The position numbers and the translations under genes are program-made. A DNA stretch of 64,000 bases. Source: Rickettsiales bacterium. Its GTDB lineage: Bacteria > Pseudomonadota > Alphaproteobacteria > Rickettsiales > UBA998. The notes under the pieces were generated by a model. The model had not been told where the DNA came from. It ran no database searches and was given only the letters and a program-made list of their open reading frames with translations. Of this stretch, positions 21,003 to 31,075 are shown piece by piece. The DNA lies in contig JAMWZD010000001.1 in NCBI GenBank assembly GCA_024304995.1, positions 129,472-193,471 of the forward strand. Direction: 5' to 3'. Each line of letters begins with the position of its first letter. Positions within the stretch are counted from its first letter, which is position 1.

Positions 21003-23237
21003 TTACTGATTTAGTATTTTCCATGAAAAATCACGTTGCAGCAGGCTAACCTGATTTGTCTCAGGGTCGTGGCATATGAGATATATCCACCCATTGCCGA
21101 ACAGTTTCTTCAATATGGCGTGTTTTTTGATGATCGGATTAATATAACGCTGTGGCGCTTTGACATATACATTCAAACGCACCGCTTCATGATAGGCTTC
21201 TGCGTCAGTCTTATTGACGGATTGTAGCGAAAGCCCGTGCATCAAATCGCTGGAATTTCCCTGCATGGTTCCGATTTTTCCAACAATATTCTGAGTGACC
21301 TTGCTGCCACCTCCGAAAGCGACATTGTCGTAAGTCGAAAAGAAATACTGCGCATTAATCCATTGCGTCACCACCATAGGAGCGGTGAGGATTGCTGTCA
21401 GTGCGCTGCCATCCCTGTCCTGCTGCCAGTCATAGGAATGCAGGAAGGAGCGCCCTTGCAAATTCACATTTTCAGTGAGCGCTCTTGGTGCAATCACAAA
21501 AGCAGCATTTTTTGCCAGCCCCCATTCTGGTCGAGTTTGCGCCCAGTCCTGCGCACGCAATGATGTTTCTGCCTCTGGATTTTGGGTTTTAGCGCCCATC
21601 TGCTCACTGCGCCATGCATTGTTGGACTTCCCTGCTTCTTTCAGTGCTTCTTTAAGGTTGCTGATTGGCGCTGCAGCATGTTCTGGCGCGTGATAATCGA
21701 ATATCTCTACCTTATCCGTTGTCGTGTTATGTTCTGCACCTAAAAATACGGTTTGCTCGGGAATGATGATGCCCTGCTCTTTTACGGCGTTTCGAATATC
21801 TTTATTATTCAGAATATCTGCCAGAATGCGGGCATTAGGTGCGCCATGTCTTCCGCCACATGCGCCACAATTCAGCGCGGTGGCATAAGCATTATTCTGC
21901 GTTGTGCTGCCATGCCCACAAAACACTATAACAGGCGAAAAGTTCTGCGTTAGCCCCATCGTTTTAAGCGCTCCTGCCCCATATGCCACTTGCTGAGCAA
22001 ATGGAATGGTGCTGATATCTGGAGAAACAGAATAATCTGGCGAAAGAGTTCGCGCCGCACCTGTTCTTAAAGAGGTTGCCAGTTCAGGCGTGAAACTGCG
22101 CAGCCCCATCCATGCGCCACTTGCCGCGCCCAGCGTTTCAACCAGACCAAATGGTGCAGCAAATGTATATTTCAGTGATTGATATATTTTTTTAAAAATC
22201 TGCAGCCTTTCCTGCCCCTGTTGGCAGCTATCATGCGAGCAATGTGGCTGCTCTACCACGTGATGCACAGGTTTCAGCAATACAGGGCAGGATGCGTGCG
22301 CCTCCCCCGTGACCGCATCTTCCACGGACACTGGCACGCCAAAAAACCCTGCAAAACCAAACGTTTCAAACTTGCCTTGCGCTTCCAGTGCGCGGCGGAA
22401 CGGCTCGGAACGCACATCAATGCAAAAGACAAGCTGTGCCTCTGGCTGTTGCTCTTGCGGCGCATCTGCTTGCTGAATGTCGCGCACTAACTGCTGCCGA
22501 TATGCCTGTTCTTTATGCACAATATCCTGCAACGCGTCTTCAATATCCGCTGTATCATATGCCAGATCATGCCATTTTAACAGCGTTCGGGCATCTTCCC
22601 ATAGCAGCACGGTCAGCACCAGCCGCAACGCAAGATATTCCGCCTGACTGACTGTGTGGGGATGTGCCGCATCCTGCGCATCTGCCCAGTGGGTGCGATA
22701 TTGAATATAGGCTGCCCAGCCTGGCAGTGTGGTCAGCATTAACACTAAAAACTGTTCCTTCTGAGCTGAAGGAATGCCAAGATATTGCAGACATTCTGAA
22801 ATAATCTGTTTTGGCTGCGTTGGAAGGCCTTTTAACCAGAGTTTTGAATGTCTGTTATTCAGATGCGCTTCTTCATCATAGCGCAACAATGCCAGTACGG
22901 ATTTCAACAGCCCCTGATGGCGGTTTGGCATTTTTATGGTGGATTGCCCCTGATCAAAAAAGGCCTGCAGCCATTTCAATGTTTCACGATTTACGCGCTG
23001 CATCCCTTCTGGCATATCAGGCTGCTGAAAATATGCTGTTGCCTGTTTTAATGCTTCTTCGAATGGCATCTCTTCAAACCCTGCAATCGGGTTGGCGGCA
23101 ATCAGATTCTTCAATGGCCAGAATGGCGCTATTTTCGACCAGCTAGTGTCGATCAGCGTATCAATATGTTCGCCTTCATTCACCATCATATCAAATGCTT
23201 CTGCTTTGGCTTCCTGTGCTCTTCGTAATGCGGTCAT
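21003..23237 (-). CDS. dabA: DabA (DUF2309) subunit of DAB inorganic-carbon uptake complex
   Basis: Long DUF2309-type protein with the Cys/His-rich 'ATALNCGACGGRHGAPNARILA' segment. The ATG at 23237 is preceded by 'aggaga' and lies 11 nt after the dabB stop. The ORF-track start at 23339 is an extension. Confidence 0.8.
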   Translation of the reverse strand: MTALRRAQEAKAEAFDMMVNEGEHIDTLIDTSWSKIAPFWPLKNLIAANPIAGFEEMPFEEALKQATAYFQQPDMPEGMQRVNRETLKWLQAFFDQGQSTIKMPNRHQGLLKSVLALLRYDEEAHLNNRHSKLWLKGLPTQPKQIISECLQYLGIPSAQKEQFLVLMLTTLPGWAAYIQYRTHWADAQDAAHPHTVSQAEYLALRLVLTVLLWEDARTLLKWHDLAYDTADIEDALQDIVHKEQAYRQQLVRDIQQADAPQEQQPEAQLVFCIDVRSEPFRRALEAQGKFETFGFAGFFGVPVSVEDAVTGEAHASCPVLLKPVHHVVEQPHCSHDSCQQGQERLQIFKKIYQSLKYTFAAPFGLVETLGAASGAWMGLRSFTPELATSLRTGAARTLSPDYSVSPDISTIPFAQQVAYGAGALKTMGLTQNFSPVIVFCGHGSTTQNNAYATALNCGACGGRHGAPNARILADILNNKDIRNAVKEQGIIIPEQTVFLGAEHNTTTDKVEIFDYHAPEHAAAPISNLKEALKEAGKSNNAWRSEQMGAKTQNPEAETSLRAQDWAQTRPEWGLAKNAAFVIAPRALTENVNLQGRSFLHSYDWQQDRDGSALTAILTAPMVVTQWINAQYFFSTYDNVAFGGGSKVTQNIVGKIGTMQGNSSDLMHGLSLQSVNKTDAEAYHEAVRLNVYVKAPQRYINPIIKKHAILKKLFGNGWIYLICHDPETNQVSLLQRDFSWKILNQ

Positions 23238-23248
23238 ACTGTCTCCTG

Positions 23249-24589
23249 TTAATATTGATAGTGATTGCGATGGGCTGTCACAGTGCTTGAATATGGCTGG
23301 CTGGCATTTAACATGTTGACATAAAGTTTCACTGCCCATTGAGGATATGCGATATTATCGTCATGTCGCCAGAAAGTGATGGCAAGCCAGCCCGCACTAA
23401 GCAGGATAAATGCCGCGTAATGCAGCGCATTTAATGGCTGAGCATATTCTATGCCAAGTGGCTGCAACAGTGCTTCCACACTATGCACACTACCCCCGTA
23501 GGCAGCGCCTGCAAAAAGCGTTACGATGACTGCGATGGGCAACCGCGCCAGACTGCCACTGCGGATGACTGGCAGCGCAAATTGTGATGCAGCAATACAT
23601 GCAATAAGCGTTAAAAAGAGGTTTGTATCTGCTGTGAACAAGGCTTTGCCACTTACGAAAGCAAATGCCACCGCGCCCAACGCTCCGCAACCTAATGCCA
23701 GCAGCACATGCAACAGGGATGGCGGATATTGCAGGTCAAGCCGTCTTTCCTGCGCTGCGCCACCTGATGCAAAAAACAGATAGGCTTTGAACAACCCGTG
23801 CCAGCATAAATGCGCAACTGCAGCAGGAAACAGTCCAAGCCCGCATTGCGCAATCATAAAACCCATCTGCCCCATAGTGGAGCAGGCGAGCATACGCTTC
23901 ACATCACTTTGCATCAGCTTCCATAATGTGCCAAGCAGCGCGGTGATGATGCCTATGGCGAACATTATATTCAAGATGACAGGTTGCTCTGCGAACATGG
24001 GAGCAAAACGCGCCAGCAGAAATCCGCCACCATTCACCAGCCCTGCGTGCATGATGGCAGATACGGGCGTAGGCGAATTTAATGAACTGATAAGCCAGCG
24101 GTGAAACGGAAATAACGCAGATTGCGTCATCGCACCGAGCAACAATAATGCGCAGCTGAGCAGCGTCACATTATTTGAGGAGGCGGCTTTAATCATTGCG
24201 CGGATAGATGTTTGTCCTGTCTGACTGTAGAGCAGCGCAAACGCACAGCCTACGAACAGCAGACCAAACGAAAAATTGCGCAATGTCAGCCGAGAGGATT
24301 GCAACGCTGCATTCCATTCACGTTTGTGGATCATCAGTCGGGTTAAAATCAGGTTGCTCAATGCCCATGAACCATAAAACACTAAAATATGATCCGCACA
24401 GACCATCACGAATATGCAGGCAACCAGTGTTATCAGATATTTGTAAAATGCGCCTTGTTTTCTGTCTCCCTGAAGATAGCGCGAAGAAAAAGAGGCAACC
24501 GTTGCCGCAACAAACCCTACTAATGCCATCATAATCAGGCTGAGATTATCTATGTAAAATAATGTGTTTAAACTCTGCATAGCATCCAT
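23249..24589 (-). CDS. dabB: DabB, NuoL/MrpA-like proton-conducting membrane subunit
   Basis: Polytopic membrane protein with NADH-quinone oxidoreductase chain 5-like motifs ('PTPVSAIMHAGLVNGGGFLL', 'LACSTMGQMGFM'), directly upstream of dabA. Confidence 0.8.
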   Translation of the reverse strand: MDAMQSLNTLFYIDNLSLIMMALVGFVAATVASFSSRYLQGDRKQGAFYKYLITLVACIFVMVCADHILVFYGSWALSNLILTRLMIHKREWNAALQSSRLTLRNFSFGLLFVGCAFALLYSQTGQTSIRAMIKAASSNNVTLLSCALLLLGAMTQSALFPFHRWLISSLNSPTPVSAIMHAGLVNGGGFLLARFAPMFAEQPVILNIMFAIGIITALLGTLWKLMQSDVKRMLACSTMGQMGFMIAQCGLGLFPAAVAHLCWHGLFKAYLFFASGGAAQERRLDLQYPPSLLHVLLALGCGALGAVAFAFVSGKALFTADTNLFLTLIACIAASQFALPVIRSGSLARLPIAVIVTLFAGAAYGGSVHSVEALLQPLGIEYAQPLNALHYAAFILLSAGWLAITFWRHDDNIAYPQWAVKLYVNMLNASQPYSSTVTAHRNHYQY

Positions 24590-24620
24590 AATATTATTAA
24601 TTCGAATAATCTTGACGCAT

Positions 24621-24643
24621 CTTATAAGATTTTTTAATATAAG
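24621..24643. promoter_or_regulatory. LysR-type T-N11-A dyad in the dabB/lysR divergent intergenic region
   Basis: 'CTTATA-agattttttaa-TATAAG' is a perfect 6-bp inverted repeat with an 11-bp spacer. It lies 44 bp upstream of the LysR ATG and 32 bp upstream of the dabB start. Confidence 0.5.
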
Positions 24644-24686
24644 AAAAGTAACTAATTCTTATATTATTTATTAGGATTTCTAATAT

Positions 24687-25538
24687 ATGGCTTTTGATGC
24701 ATTAACGCTGGAATGTTTTATCGCGGTGGTTGACACAGGTAGTTTTACGCGAGCAGCAGAAAAGGTGATGCGCACCCAGTCTGCCGTCAGTCAGCAGATC
24801 ACCAAGCTGGAAACGCAGATTGGCAAGCCTTTGTTCGTGCGCGGCAAGAAACTGGCACTGACCTCTGAAGGGGAAATTTTTCTGACCTATGCCCGAAAAA
24901 TTGTGCAGCTGCACCGCGAAGCAATGGACAGATTTAAAGAACCAGAATTGCACGGCGAAGTGCGTTTTGGCTTGCCAGAGGATTTTGCCAGTGTGTTTCT
25001 TTCTGATGTGTTGAATGAATATGCCGCGCTGCATCCACGGATCATGCTTAATATTGAATGTGACTTAACCCTGAATCTGTTTGAACGGTTTAAGGAAAAA
25101 AAGCTGGATTTGGTGCTGCTGAAAATGAACCGCCCTGAGGACTTTCCTAATGGGATTGATGTGTGGTCAGAAGCACTGGAATGGGTGGGCAGTCATGATT
25201 TCTTTGAAGGCGAAGACGGGCAGCCCGTGCCGCTGGTGCTGTCCCCGCAACCATGTGTGTATCGATCCCGCGCCATCAACGCTTTGGAACAGCAGAAAAC
25301 GCCATGGCGCATTGTTTTCTCCAGCCATAGCTACCCTGGCACGATTGCTGCCGTGAAAGCAGGCATGGGGGTGACCGTCCTGCCCCGCAACATGATACCG
25401 CAGGATTTAGAGATTATCCGCACGGGACGAAGCTTGCCAGAACTGGACGATACACACATCTCCCTGCTCAAACATGATGATAGCAACCACGCGGTGAATG
25501 AGTTTGAGAAGTTTGTGGTGGAACGGCTGCGACCTTAA
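24687..25538 (+). CDS. LysR-family transcriptional regulator
   Basis: N-terminal HTH 'FIAVVDTGSFTRAAEKVMRTQSAVSQQITKLE' plus a LysR substrate-binding domain. It is divergent from dabBA. Confidence 0.9.
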   Translation: MAFDALTLECFIAVVDTGSFTRAAEKVMRTQSAVSQQITKLETQIGKPLFVRGKKLALTSEGEIFLTYARKIVQLHREAMDRFKEPELHGEVRFGLPEDFASVFLSDVLNEYAALHPRIMLNIECDLTLNLFERFKEKKLDLVLLKMNRPEDFPNGIDVWSEALEWVGSHDFFEGEDGQPVPLVLSPQPCVYRSRAINALEQQKTPWRIVFSSHSYPGTIAAVKAGMGVTVLPRNMIPQDLEIIRTGRSLPELDDTHISLLKHDDSNHAVNEFEKFVVERLRP

Positions 25539-26410
25539 CTCCGCACCAACTCGCCATAGGCTGCCACCAGCTTGTGCGTCACCTCGCCTACGGTGAAGTT
25601 GTGCGCATCAATGGACCCCACAGGCGTAATCTCTGCGGCTGTGCCTGTTAGGAACACTTCATGTGCATCTGCCAGTTCTTCAGGCATGATGTGACGTTCT
25701 ACGACTTTATATCCCGCGTCTTTTGCCAGCCCCATCACCGTGCGACGTGTGATGCCGTTTAGGAAGCAGTCGGGTGTTGGTGTGTGGATTTCCCCGTTTT
25801 TCATTACCAGAAAAATGTTCGCGCCTGTCGCTTCAGCAATGTAGCCGCGATAATCCAGCATGAGTGCATCATGATAGCCGTCACGCTCTGCCTGATGTTT
25901 GCTCATGGTGCAAATCATATATAATCCCGCCGCTTTGGATGCACATGGCGCGGTTTCGGGCGATGGGCGTTTCCACGGAGAGGTGACCAGTTTCAGACCA
26001 TTCTTTTTTAACTCAGGGTCAAAATAACTTCCCCATTCCCACGCAGCCACTGCCACATGCACGGTATTTTCTTTAGCCGAAATCGCCATTTTCTCACTCC
26101 CGCACCATGCGACAGGGCGAACATAACCGTTTTCCACGCCATTGCGTTTAATGGTTTCGTTGCAGGCATCATTGAGTTCTTTCGCGCTGTATGGCACTTT
26201 AAAATCCAGCAAACGACCAGACTCAATCAACCGCTCGGAATGTTCCTGCAATTTGAAGATTTTTCCGTTATAAACGCGGCAGCCTTCAAACACGGAACTT
26301 GCATAATGCAAGCCGTGCGTAAGCACATGCACTTTTGCATCACGCCACGGCACAAATGCGCCATCCTGCCATATTTCACCATCTCTATCATCAAACGGAA
26401 TATTACTCAT
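25535..26410 (-). CDS. ilvE: Branched-chain amino acid aminotransferase
   Basis: Class IV aminotransferase pattern ('HVLTHGLHYASSVFEGCRVY', 'GYVRP', 'EATGANIF', 'LTGTAAEITPV'). Confidence 0.9.
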   Translation of the reverse strand: MSNIPFDDRDGEIWQDGAFVPWRDAKVHVLTHGLHYASSVFEGCRVYNGKIFKLQEHSERLIESGRLLDFKVPYSAKELNDACNETIKRNGVENGYVRPVAWCGSEKMAISAKENTVHVAVAAWEWGSYFDPELKKNGLKLVTSPWKRPSPETAPCASKAAGLYMICTMSKHQAERDGYHDALMLDYRGYIAEATGANIFLVMKNGEIHTPTPDCFLNGITRRTVMGLAKDAGYKVVERHIMPEELADAHEVFLTGTAAEITPVGSIDAHNFTVGEVTHKLVAAYGELVRS

Positions 26411-26480
26411 CTTGTTCCTTTATAGTATTGTTTGATAACAGAGTAGCTTCTGCGCATTAAAAGGCAAGCAGATTGTTACG

Positions 26481-26564
26481 CCCTCTCCCTATGGAAGAGT
26501 ATTGGAGTGAGGGTTTACTGCATTCTACGTCCCCTCATCCTAACCTTCTCCCAGTGGGAGAAGG
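26481..26564. repeat. Two adjacent hairpin-forming intergenic repeat units (REP-like)
   Basis: The second unit has a perfect 9-bp stem, 'ccttctccc-agt-gggagaagg' (26544-26564), preceded by 'cccctcatcctaa'. The first unit, 'ccctctcc...ggagtgaggg', is an imperfect version. Confidence 0.4.
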
Positions 26565-26681
26565 AATGTTTATATCGCTCGATATTGACAGAACATAATA
26601 ACACTGATTATATGCGCGGGATTTTAGTTTCTGCATCAGAAACATTGTCGCATGTACGATTTTCTATTATAGATTAAAGCC

Positions 26682-27338
26682 ATGAGCCACACAGAATATA
26701 TTCCTTTAAGCGAGCGTAAAGCATGGATGGAATCTCACGGGATCCCGAAAATTTCACGATTGCTGTTTCAGCAGATCCTTCTGCATGTTGAAGAAAGCAA
26801 ACTCACTCTGGATGAGAATGTGACTCCTGTCATTTTCTCAGATATTGATGAAACGGTTATCTACAACAAATTGATAGGAGATTATCACGAAGCCTCGGGC
26901 GAGTGGCAATCCACCAATCAGCAATGGAAGGATTGGGAAGCAGGCATGAATGTTTATGAAGATGCCTATACTTACCCTGACGCGCATAATTTCTTTGAAG
27001 CCTTGCGCAAAATGGGAGTGAAAGTAGCCTTCATCACGAATAGCTGGAATCAGGATCGCGTCTCTACTGTCTTGTCGATTGGGGGCATTCGCAAAGGTGA
27101 ACTCTATGACGCACTCTATTTTCGCCAATGCGAAGAAAGCACATGCAAGAAAGGGCGTTTTGCGGAGGCATATAAGGATATGCAGACACGTTATAGCAAG
27201 ATTGCGCTGCTGGCTTCTTTGGGTGACAGCCACGGAGATGATGCATCAGAGTTAGGTGGAAAATTCTTTCTCTTTCCTAACAGCATATATCGTGATTGTC
27301 CTTATTTTGAAAAACATCGCCAGCAACAAAGCGCTTAA
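26682..27338 (+). CDS. HAD-superfamily phosphatase (class B/C acid-phosphatase-like)
   Basis: HAD motif I 'FSDIDETV', 'VAFITNS', and a C-terminal 'LGDSHGDD'. Confidence 0.55.
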   Translation: MSHTEYIPLSERKAWMESHGIPKISRLLFQQILLHVEESKLTLDENVTPVIFSDIDETVIYNKLIGDYHEASGEWQSTNQQWKDWEAGMNVYEDAYTYPDAHNFFEALRKMGVKVAFITNSWNQDRVSTVLSIGGIRKGELYDALYFRQCEESTCKKGRFAEAYKDMQTRYSKIALLASLGDSHGDDASELGGKFFLFPNSIYRDCPYFEKHRQQQSA

Positions 27339-27377
27339 ATTCTATATCTGCAGGAAGCAGTAGCTTCCTGTTTTCTT

Positions 27378-28751
27378 TTAAAATTGTGCTGATAGACCTG
27401 TGGTCACGCGGTGATTATCAAAATCGTAATTGCGTATATTGCTGTTCACATCACGATATTGATAACCTACAGTCGCAGTTACTTCTGGTGTAAGCGGGAC
27501 ACCAAACGTTACTCCTGCTTCTGAAGCATATTCCTTACGGTCTTTCGTGCTGATGGTTAAATCTGCTGCATCAAAATAGGATGCGTTATAATCCACATGC
27601 GCGCGGGTGAACATGCCATTATTAAAACTGCGAATATAGGCAACACCAGCACCATACTGGTTATTGTCAAAAAATTCGCGTTTCGTATCTTCCCGACGAT
27701 AGCGCAAATGCACATCAATAATATCCTGCTGGGTGATGGAATAACTGCTGCCAATGCGATGCTCATGCACATACCCATCACGCAAATCAAACGTGCGGTT
27801 TGTATCTGAGTTTACAAAATCCCGCCGAATGAGATTTGAACGCATACGAAAACGCCACGCCGCATTCAGTGCATATTGCGCACTGATTTCCCCTAAATAT
27901 TGCCTTTGGTAAGTCTGTTTATCCAGTGCGATATGGGTATAACCAATATCCCCTGTCACGCGGAGTTTATTTTCCAGCGCATTCACTGCCGCGCCCGTGC
28001 GCACAGACGCAAGGGAGATGTTCAGGTCATCCACCGTATCATATTCATTGCGATATGCGGTGATGCTGTTATGCCACAGATATTGTGTATCATCCGTTGC
28101 TTTGTCATTCATGCGGTAATAATGGTCTGCCTGCGCCACGCCATAAATCTGTGCGTCATGCTGGGCGCGGGATGCACCGCTTAATTCAATTTCAACTGGA
28201 GTGCCGTTAAAGCGCACATCCACAAACCCGTCTTTAGGTGCGGAATTGGCGTTCGTATCATAATGCACGCCAATGCTGACAGACCCGCTCACAAAATGCC
28301 GCTTTGTTGCCTGTTGAATCTGCTCTATGACAGGTTCCAGATTGCGCTTCACTTCTGTTGGCAAATCCCCTTCCAGCACATCATCAATTAAGGCGCGTGC
28401 GCGTTCATGTTCCTGCAACTGCATGTAATTCATCGCCAGTTCCAGCTTCACGCGTGGCAGATCTGGTGCGATTTTCAGCATCCGCTCATACATCTGCGCC
28501 GATTTGTTATATGCGCGAAGCTGCGTTGCCATTTGTGCATAGGCAAAATAATGATCCAGATTCCGCGGATCCTGCTGGATGCGTGCTTCCAATGCTGCCA
28601 GTTTGGTTTCATCAGGGATATATTGTTGCAGGACTGAGGTGTCCAGCGCATTATCTACAAATCGTTCCGTGTCAGGCGTTTGCTGCGCGTGCGCGAGGCT
28701 GGCAAAACACCATGCAGACATAATCATAGAAATTTGAGCTAAATTTCGCAT
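27378..28751 (-). CDS. Outer-membrane protein with N-terminal TPR region and C-terminal beta-barrel (DUF560/Slam-like architecture)
   Basis: Likely start is the ATG at 28751, giving signal peptide 'MRNLAQISMIMSAWCFASLAHA'. TPR-like helices ('YFAYAQMATQLRAYNKSAQMYERMLKIAPD') are followed by a barrel beginning 'GSVSIGVHYDTNANS' and ending '...TTGLSAQF'. Confidence 0.45.
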   Translation of the reverse strand: MRNLAQISMIMSAWCFASLAHAQQTPDTERFVDNALDTSVLQQYIPDETKLAALEARIQQDPRNLDHYFAYAQMATQLRAYNKSAQMYERMLKIAPDLPRVKLELAMNYMQLQEHERARALIDDVLEGDLPTEVKRNLEPVIEQIQQATKRHFVSGSVSIGVHYDTNANSAPKDGFVDVRFNGTPVEIELSGASRAQHDAQIYGVAQADHYYRMNDKATDDTQYLWHNSITAYRNEYDTVDDLNISLASVRTGAAVNALENKLRVTGDIGYTHIALDKQTYQRQYLGEISAQYALNAAWRFRMRSNLIRRDFVNSDTNRTFDLRDGYVHEHRIGSSYSITQQDIIDVHLRYRREDTKREFFDNNQYGAGVAYIRSFNNGMFTRAHVDYNASYFDAADLTISTKDRKEYASEAGVTFGVPLTPEVTATVGYQYRDVNSNIRNYDFDNHRVTTGLSAQF

Positions 28752-28813
28752 TAAACAGATATTAATCGCTAAGTCTTTGGATTTTATTAACTGCATGACT
28801 GCAAAATGCATAA

Positions 28814-31003
28814 ATGCGCATTTTTAAACCATTATACGCTTTTGTCATTCCCGCGGTGATTCTGAGCATTGCCATCACGCTTTACATCACCACGCCGCCT
28901 GTGCTGGAATCTCTGCGACTGCGTGTGTTTGATGCATATCAGAACATCAAACCCCGCGCTTACGAACCCGTCCCCATTACCATTATAGATATTGATGAAG
29001 CAAGTCTTGCTGAATATGGGCAATGGCCGTGGTCACGCAATATTATGGCGCAGCTTATATCAACATTGCGTGATGCAGGCGTGGCATCTGTTGCAATGGA
29101 TATGGTATTTGCGGAATCAGACCGCACTTCCCCCGCCTCGTTGCTTCCTCTATGGAGCAAAGAATTTGAAGGCATCAACCCTGCTAATAATTATCCTGAT
29201 TATGATATTTTATTTGCAGATGCAATTGCCCGCGCACCCGTGGTCACAGGGGTGGTGTTGAGCGATGACATACAGCAACTGCCAGACAGCAAAGCAGGAT
29301 ATGTGGAAAAAGGTGAAGGCAAGGTGCGTGACTTTGCAATGCGTTATAAAGGCGCACTGGTGAATCTGCAACCATTCACAGATGCTGCCAGCGCTAACGG
29401 CGCGTTCACCGCCGTAGTGGATAGAGATGGCATCATCCGCAAAGTGCCGCTGGTCTTTCAGGTGGGCGGGAAACTTTTCCCCAGCTTGTCTATGGAAGCA
29501 TTGCGCACAGGGCTTGGTGCATCCACTTATATTATCAACACCGAAGCAGGCGGAATTGTTGAAATCGCCATAGGGGATTATATTATTCCCACTGATATTA
29601 ATGGCAATTTATGGCTCTATTACACCTATCCACAACATGAACGTTATGTATCTGCCAAAGATGTGTTGCAGGGCAATCTGGATGAAGAAGCATTGCTTGG
29701 ACATATTACCTTGCTTGGCACGTCTGCCGCAGGGCTGAAGGATTTGCGAAGCACGCCCATCAGTAACATCACTAATGGTGTGGAAGTCCATGCACAGGCT
29801 CTGGAACAGATTGTACTGGGTGAGTTTCTCTCTCGCCCATACTGGATTCCAGCATTAGAATTAATTTATATTATCGTCACCGTGCTTGCTGTGTGGGCAG
29901 TGTTGCAGCTTTTTTCACCTTATGTAGCAGCTGGTTTGGTGCTAACGCTGTTTGGCGCATCGCTCTATGCAAGCTGGTATAGTTTTGATGCGCATAAGCT
30001 CTTGCTTGACCCCCTCACCCCTGGCATTGCCATGATTGCACTTTATATTGCCGAAACCCTGCGCAGCTATATTTCTTCAGAAAATGAGCGAAAACAAATC
30101 CGCCATGCCTTCAGCCACTATATGTCCCCCGCATTGGTTGAAAAACTGGCAGATAACCCAGAAGCGCTGTCTCTTGGAGGCGAGATGAAGGATATGACAA
30201 TATTATTCTGCGACATTCGCGGCTTCACCACCATTTCAGAACAGTTCGATGCGCAGGGATTAACCCAGTTCATCAACCGTTTTCTCACTCCAATGACTGA
30301 TATAATTCTGCAAAAGCAGGGTACGATTGACAAATATATGGGGGATTGCATCATGGCATTCTGGAATGCACCGCTGGATGATGCAGACCACGCAAAGCAC
30401 GCTGCAGAAGCAGCACTTAACATGTTCATCGCGCTGAAAACACTTAATGCTGAACTGGAGCAGGAAGCAAAAGACAATAACACTACCTTCATTCCTGTGC
30501 GCATTGGCATCGGGCTGAATACAGACACATGCTGCGTGGGCAATATGGGGTCTGCCCAACGCTTCGATTATTCCGTGTTGGGGGATGGGGTGAACCTTGC
30601 GTCACGGCTGGAAGGGCAAAGCAAATCTTATGGGATGGATATTGTAATTGGCGAGAATACGCATACCGCCTTGCATGACTTCGCCACTATTGAGCTGGAC
30701 CTTATCATGGTGAAAGGCAAAACCACTGCCACGCAGATTTATGGATTGATGGGCAATAGCGAAATGAAACAACATTCATTATGGGGCGCATTTGAACATT
30801 CTGTGCAATCCATGCTTTTGGCATATCGCAATCAATCATGGGAAGAGGCACTTAGCATATGTAACATTATGCAACAGAAAGCCTCTGAATTATCACTAGA
30901 TGTTTCGGGGTTGGTTTCGTTATATCAGGATCGTATAATGTCATATCAAACCACCCTACCCCCACCAGAATGGGATGGCGTGTTTATTGCGACCAGTAAA
31001 TAA
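28814..31003 (+). CDS. CHASE2-domain class III adenylate/guanylate cyclase
   Basis: N-terminal TM, CHASE2 motif 'EYGQWPWSRNIMAQLI', three central TM helices, and a cyclase domain ('MTILFCDIRGFTTISE', 'KYMGDCIMAFWNAP', 'GDGVNLASRLEG'). Confidence 0.85.
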   Translation: MRIFKPLYAFVIPAVILSIAITLYITTPPVLESLRLRVFDAYQNIKPRAYEPVPITIIDIDEASLAEYGQWPWSRNIMAQLISTLRDAGVASVAMDMVFAESDRTSPASLLPLWSKEFEGINPANNYPDYDILFADAIARAPVVTGVVLSDDIQQLPDSKAGYVEKGEGKVRDFAMRYKGALVNLQPFTDAASANGAFTAVVDRDGIIRKVPLVFQVGGKLFPSLSMEALRTGLGASTYIINTEAGGIVEIAIGDYIIPTDINGNLWLYYTYPQHERYVSAKDVLQGNLDEEALLGHITLLGTSAAGLKDLRSTPISNITNGVEVHAQALEQIVLGEFLSRPYWIPALELIYIIVTVLAVWAVLQLFSPYVAAGLVLTLFGASLYASWYSFDAHKLLLDPLTPGIAMIALYIAETLRSYISSENERKQIRHAFSHYMSPALVEKLADNPEALSLGGEMKDMTILFCDIRGFTTISEQFDAQGLTQFINRFLTPMTDIILQKQGTIDKYMGDCIMAFWNAPLDDADHAKHAAEAALNMFIALKTLNAELEQEAKDNNTTFIPVRIGIGLNTDTCCVGNMGSAQRFDYSVLGDGVNLASRLEGQSKSYGMDIVIGENTHTALHDFATIELDLIMVKGKTTATQIYGLMGNSEMKQHSLWGAFEHSVQSMLLAYRNQSWEEALSICNIMQQKASELSLDVSGLVSLYQDRIMSYQTTLPPPEWDGVFIATSK

Positions 31004-31075
31004 CACTTGATTCACCCGTTAACTTGACGTAAATAATCATTATCTTTTCTTGAACTTTCTGTTCAATATCAGAAC

